Source of the DNA: Mizuhopecten yessoensis
Lineage: Eukaryota
DNA: 57,617 bases
Reading direction: 5' to 3'
Assembly: GCF_002113885.1 (NCBI RefSeq)
Contig: NW_018404030.1
Location: forward strand, 408,699-466,315
Shown: positions 51,556 to 57,617 of the stretch, piece by piece
Position numbering within the stretch: the first letter of the stretch is position 1
Layout of the letters: every line of letters starts with the position of its first letter
The notes under the pieces: model-generated
The model's database searches: none
What the model was told of the DNA's origin: nothing
What the model saw: only the letters and a program-made list of their open reading frames with translations
Position numbers and translations under genes: made by a program

Positions 51556-51837
51556 GTAGAGCATTCATCTAGAGTTCAGAGGGTCCGAGGTTCGAACTCT
51601 GGTTTGGCCGTTGCATTTCTCTTTGACTATTTCTCCTTTACAAATTTGGCGCCCAACGAAATATATCCACGGAAGGTGGTATAGGGTGGCGTGTGTCTTC
51701 GGGGTCCAAGACTTTGTTAGAGGAGGGAGGAATGTAGCGGAACTTGACTGGGTAGAGGCAGAGCGTATATCTAGAGTTCGGAGGGTCCCTGGTTTGAACC
51801 CCGGTCTGGCTGTTGCATTTCTCTTTCTCCTGTTACA
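51555..51837 (+). mobile_element. tRNA-LTR TRIM (Helenus-like), plus strand
   Basis: Partial LTR ending TACA (51642), PBS TGGCGCCCAACG (tRNA-Lys type, 51647-51658), PPT AGAGGAGGGAGGAA and LTR 51733-51837 (TGTAG...TTACA). Confidence 0.85.
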
Positions 51838-51860
51838 CATGTATACAAAATTTATATTGG

Positions 51861-52969
51861 AACAAGAGGCCCAGGGGGCCTGTATCGCTCATCTGTTTCA
51901 TTTGTTACCAGAAACTGACATATCATAACTTAAGACCAAATTTGGTAACTAGAACACAAGTCATTGAAACATCTCTTAAACGGTTCTTAAGATATTAAAA
52001 TTTTAATTTGAAAGTTTTTAACCCACAGTGACCATTGACTCCCGACTTGCACTTAAAGTTGACCTTTGACCTCCTTACTATAATAAAGAAAGAAAAAATT
52101 ACACAACTGAGCTTCATAACATACCCAAGTATCATGATTCTTATAAGTTCAAATGGTTCTTGGGCTATGGTTGTTTGAAGTTTCTAACATATTTGACCCC
52201 TGTGACCTTGAAAATAGGTCAAGGTAAGTTTTATGAGGTAAGTTTATAGCACTTCATCCCAGGTACCTACTGGCCAAATAAATGACCATAGGCCATATGG
52301 AACTTGAGAAGGAGATTGTTAAAGCCTTTAACCCATGTTGACTTTTGACCCCGACTAGCACTTAAAGTTGACTTTTGACCTCATTACTGTAATTGAGAAA
52401 AAGATTCACACTGCTAGTCTTCATAACATACCTAAGTATCATGACTCTATTTCAAATGGTTCTTAGGATATTGTTGTTTGAAGTTTTTAACATATTTGAC
52501 CCGTGACCTTGAAAGTAGATCAAGGTCATTTTAATGAGGAACTTTATAGCACTCCATCCCAGGTACCTATTGGCCAAATACCGTGACCCTGGGCCTTATT
52601 GAACTTGAGAAGATTGTTAAAGCTTTTAACCCATGTTGACATTTGACCCCTGACTAGCACTTAAAGTTGACCTTTGACTTCATAACTGTAATCAAAAAAA
52701 ATATTCATACTACTGCTCTACATAACATACCCAAGTATCATGACTCAAGATCTAGTCCAAATGGTTCTTAGGATATTGTTGTTTGAAATTTTTAACATAT
52801 TTCATGGGTAAAGGTTATAGCACTCCATCCCAAGTACCTAATGGCTAAATATCATGACCCTAGGTCCTCCAGTTCTTCAAAAGAAGTCGTTCAAAAGTTG
52901 ACGGACGGACGACGGACGCTGCAGTACGGCATAAGCTCACATGGCCCTTTGGGCCAGTCGAGCTGAAAA
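51861..52969 (-). mobile_element. Non-autonomous Helentron with ~300-bp internal tandem repeats
   Basis: AACAAGAGGCCC..GGGCC at the left end; (GACG)n plus AGCTCAC..GGCCC-GGGCC..GAGCTGAAAA at the right end; ~3 repeat units between. Confidence 0.88.
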
Positions 52970-54830
52970 TTCTATTCTTCTTAATTTAAAGCCACTCTGG
53001 TCGCTGTGGAGGATAACATACTGATAAGATATAATTCATCTGGGTTAGGGTTAACTCTGTCAAGTTTTCCAATATCGAACTGAAATTTTGTATACAGGTG
53101 TATTATAGTCATATGAAGACCATAACTGCTGATGTCGCTTACTTTAGAACCAAATAAAAATATAGCTGTGGTCCAGTTTTCTGACCAAACCTTTTTTTCC
53201 AAGTCAAATTTAGCAGGATTTCAGGAGCATCAACAATTTTAATGTATCAACATTTTTATAGTAGCAGGATTTTGCTAAGGGACCGATATAGTAAGGTAGT
53301 TCAGCTTGGGAGTCAAAGGAGGAGAGAGTTGGGTTGGGGAATCGAGTTCAGTAAATGTATACATGTATGCACTCATTTTGTTGTTCAACTAGTTTGAACT
53401 GGTGACAGTGGAAATATTGAGAACAGAAAGTATCAGTAATACAAAAGAGAACTTAACACTGCGGTGGTGATCATCAGTGGAGTTTGGATTATTAAAAACT
53501 AGTGTCCAGCTGTAGGGATAATTAAGAACTGGAACACTGGTGGTAGCACTATACTGTAAATTATGTTGGTTATTCCATAAACATTTAGGTGGGTCAAATA
53601 ATAATTTATTTCAATGTGTCATATAATTTGGGCCTGCCATTACAAAAAACTAGGAATGCTTTTGTGTACTTATGTTACGTGAATGAAAAAATATATATTT
53701 GGTGGGGGGGGGGGGGAATTTTTAAGTTGCCAAACACTCGGCAAAGCCTTGTGTTTGGCAAATTAAGAATCTTCCCCCCTCGGGTTGAAATCCCCTTATC
53801 TTACCCCCGAGGGGACGAAAGACTTCATTATTCTTCATCAAAAAAAAAAAAAATACAATAATACCAGGTAATAAAAAAAATCAAAATCCTACTAACCTGT
53901 AAAACCCAAAACAGGAAACACACATATATTTTTATTTCGCCTTATTTGGGTATTTTTCAAAGATTTTGTCTGGCAACACTTGTTGCCGGTTAAGGCGCTT
54001 TTATGTGCTATCATATCACCTGTGCTTTTAAGTATGACCTGACTAGAATCTTTAATTTCAGGAACTCACCTGTCTGATCCACAATTTTTACAACGTGCAG
54101 ATCTAGAAGATAAATACAACCAGTAATGGGTTGTTTACATTCGTTCTATGATATGTAGCTAAATCTAGATCTGATATCATTTATAATGCCTACAGATTTG
54201 TCGGTGCTCCAATGCCTAAGGAAAGCTAAGTTGGACAAGAACTGGAGCACAGACAAATCTGGCAATAAAGGAGATTTGGCTCTATAGTCAAATATGACTA
54301 TACTTAAATAAGACGAATGTAAATAAACAAGTGAATCATGGTTGCAATTTCCTCATGCTCATTAAATATTTGGTTGACACACAGGTATTCAGTCGGTAAA
54401 ATGTGTCATAACTCAATTTAGGGTGATTTTGTTGATTTTCATCATTGCTGTTTTTGGTACCAGCATCTTTCATCCTCTGTAACTGGTGGTTGTACAGGAA
54501 TATTAACAATTTGTTGTGTACCAAAACGCCCAATATTTCACTACCTTAAATTTCAGGGTGATTTCTTGTTGATAATAATAAAAAAAAAAGATTGTTGAAA
54601 TATGTTTGTGTGTTGGGGGTCAAAGGTCATGAAACGGTACATGTAGTACTGTTAATATTAGTATATTACTACACACTTGCTTTTATTGAATCATGCAAAC
54701 ATTTTCAGCTTGTACTGTTATCTAGTGGTACTGCAACACAAATGTAAATATTAGGGTAGGGAAGACTTATTCATATTTTAACATGCTATTTTTTACTTTA
54801 CAAACTTCCAATTGCAGAAGGTTTTCTTTT

Positions 54831-54971
54831 CCACAGGCGCTTGTATCTGGTATCTAATACCTGAGCTAAAATCCCAAATCCATTACGTACAATATCAACT
54901 GTACGTAGTGGATTTTGGATTTTAGCTCAGGCATTCTAAAAATACCAGTAACCAGGTACAAGCACCTGTGG
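54831..54971. mobile_element. Foldback MITE with CACAGG termini
   Basis: Near-complete 140-bp palindrome; TSD not clean. Confidence 0.7.
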
Positions 54972-56519
54972 CTTTTGCAAGCGGTTCGAGAAAAGGTCAT
55001 CTAGCAAAATCTAATTTTCACGGTAGTGACGCTAACATAAATACAACTTACTGAGTACCCGGTTAAGTATTTAAAACAAATGTGTCACTGAGTAAACAGA
55101 TTACCTTGACTTTGTGCTGTATCAAGTCAACTTCATTAAATGACAACAAATTTCACCGCATGTGGATTTTGAAGCATCGTAAACACGCAGATGAATATTT
55201 TCAAACGTATGCGGTTCGCAGATAAACTGACACACTAATACACACGTATGGATACGGAGATTGTATAATATATCCGGACTTTACTAAAAAATCTTTCGGA
55301 AGTTAATTCATGAAATTATTTTATCATTATCGTCGTTTTAGGTTTTATGTATTGATTTGATTATTGACAGTGTATTTTCTGCCCTCGCTTTAGATAATGA
55401 ACGAGCTACATGTACACGCAGAATTACCAAAACCATTTATAACCTCCTATATTACGAAAGCATTAGTTTGGAATTGAAATATTCATTTAAAAATTAGCCT
55501 TGTGACGAATTTTAAACTTATATTTAGTATTTCATAAAAGCATCATTTATATAAAAATAAAATAAAAAAATAATCAAAGAACAGATCGAAGTGGCAATCC
55601 GCATTAATGATACATCATAATTTAAAATAATAAAAATATCACTCATATTCATTTTTCAAAGATAAATGTTTCGTTCACATAATTTTTAAGATAATAAAAA
55701 CCAGGGACAGTATATGGAGCTCCATCATACGTCCCTAAAAAAACACATTTATTATAAAAGTCAAGATGAGATTTATTTATCAAGGAGAAACTAATCTACA
55801 ATTTAAAAAGGACTGCTACTGAAAAAAGAGATAACTATAGGTTAATCGGGCCCAGTAAAATGTTTAAAATCAAGAAAGGGTCAAAGCCTGGAAGAGGTCT
55901 CTGATACAATTTATCATGACGCGATGTACGTCATCAGTTACCAAAACACCGCCATCTGACCTTCACGATCTTCTGACAATCAGAGGGCATTCACTCTACT
56001 CTAGATTTCCTTCTGCCGTGAAACTTAGTTCTGAAGATAACAAAATCCATATTAGACATTTATTGTTGACATTTTAATGAAAACCCATGTCTTTTAGTCG
56101 AAAAAAGAAGAATGAAACCGACTGAAAAAGTATCAAAACGACTCGACATACTCTCCAGACGGCCATTTACCACTGTCGGAATCGTCGTAACTCTTTCTCG
56201 TGCCCCAATTCAACTTCCAGTCAGACAATTAAATACACAATGACAGTATTTAGTATTTACATGTACCGTTTTTCTAATTTACCGTTATGATTGCCTATCT
56301 TGGTCAGGTAGGTATTAACTTCGGTTCTTGTAGCACAACTGAGATACAAAATGGTTTAATATATGATCTCCTCAGTTTAATTCTTGGATTTTTTTTATGT
56401 CGGTAATAACTCTGTCTACAGTAGGCCAATTAGCTAACCGTGGTAATATACATGTAAGATCTGTTGTCCCTCAATCTTTTTTAACAGTTACTTCCCTTGG
56501 ACTGTAAAATAAGGACATC

Positions 56520-56876
56520 TGGGCCGTTTTCGTTTAAACGGTCAAACCGATCGGACCACTGTTGTTCGTTTTTTAAATAAGGTCGGACCTAGTAATCTGA
56601 TGCTGCTTTCAGGCGAGCCTTGAGAAAGCCTTGCAAGGCCTGCATACATATTTGAAATTGTTACATTTATAAACGGTCAAACCGGTTGCTCCGCATAAAC
56701 GAACAGGCCCCAAGGCTATATTCGCGTATCCCGGTTGAAAAGGTACGTGTGGCGCAGAAATTTTCCACGATAAACGAACACACTTGGACCGTTATATAAG
56801 CAGAGCTAAAAATCCACAGTTTCGGAGGATAAAAAACAATGTATCAAGAATATTATGCCCTTCTCTCACGCGTCCA
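56520..56876. mobile_element. Two adjacent MITEs (a GGGCC-terminal element and a partial copy of the 12488 family)
   Basis: GGGCCGTTTTCGTTTA ... TAAACGAACAGGCCC, followed by ~165 bp matching 12489-12652. Confidence 0.65.
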
Positions 56877-57004
56877 CTAAATTACATAACGTATCTTAAA
56901 AATTACATGTGCCTTGACATTGTTTAAGAAAGAAATAACGCAACTTGGCAATAGTCAGCATTTTAGTTTCGGTCAGGTACGTCTGGACCCCTCAATCTAC
57001 ACGT

Positions 57005-57617
57005 CCGCTTCTTTTTCTCTTGTATATCAACGATATAACTGATAACCTTGTCAGCCCTTCCCGTCTTTTTGCTGATGATACTTCCCTATCCGTCTCTTCT
57101 CCTTCCGCAATTGAACTAGAAACTACTACTAACCGAGATCTTGAAAAAAATCATAACTGGGCAGAAAATTGGCTTGTTAAATTTAATCCTAATAAAACTG
57201 AAGCGCTACTAATTTCAAATACCAATGCTGAGCTTGATGTCAATCTCATTTTTAATAATGTTAATATTGATTTTATCGAACATCATAAACATCTAGGCAT
57301 TTTCCTAGATGCTAACTGTAAATGGACTCACCATATTGATAACATTTGTAAAACTGTTACGAAACAAATAGGAATTCTCCGCAAGTTAAAATATACTTTA
57401 AATCGCAAGACATTAAACAGAATTTATCTTACTTTTATACTCCCTCTGCTTGAATACTGTTGCGAAGTTTGGGACGGTTGTACAACTGCCGATGCAAATA
57501 AACTTGAAAAACTCCAGTTAGAAGCGGCGCGTATTGTCACCGGCCTGCCATCTTTTGCTAGTAGAGCGTCTCTTTACTTCGAAACTGGTTGGGAAGTCTT
57601 GTCTCAACGTCGCACCC
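57005..57617 (+). mobile_element. 5'-truncated CR1/L2-group LINE reverse transcriptase (runs off the right edge)
   Basis: Open frame PLLFLLYINDITDNL..RLFADDT..WLVKFNPNKTE..HKHLGIFLD..LEYCCEVWD..LEKLQLEAARIVTG. Confidence 0.92.

Overview
AT-rich eukaryotic genomic DNA, not prokaryotic. The repeat families and gene content suggest a bivalve mollusc (inference). Most ORFs in the supplied track are spurious or run across introns. I rebuilt these spliced genes by hand from GT-AG boundaries and reading phase: the 5' end of a type-B carboxylesterase (-, runs off the left edge), a complete 7-exon XPA (-, 271 aa), a complete secreted six-domain SRCR gene (+, 666 aa) and MRPS16 (-, 132 aa). There is also a frameshifted B-box/TRIM-NHL-like pseudogene (+). 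The rest is dense with mobile DNA: an intron-containing Mutator transposase relic, a hAT deletion derivative with a 5-bp TSD, Helentron-type elements carrying satellite arrays, three tRNA-derived SINE families, MITEs and foldbacks (one only 28 bp with a perfect 8-bp TSD), HERO and CR1/L2 RT fragments, and four minisatellites. The most distinctive structures are four miniature LTR elements with tRNA-like LTRs (two fused head-to-head with different primer sites), a duplicated in-frame splice acceptor in XPA, and a hairpin-unit minisatellite in an MRPS16 intron. I found no convincing wholly new system; these are unusual variants of known element classes.
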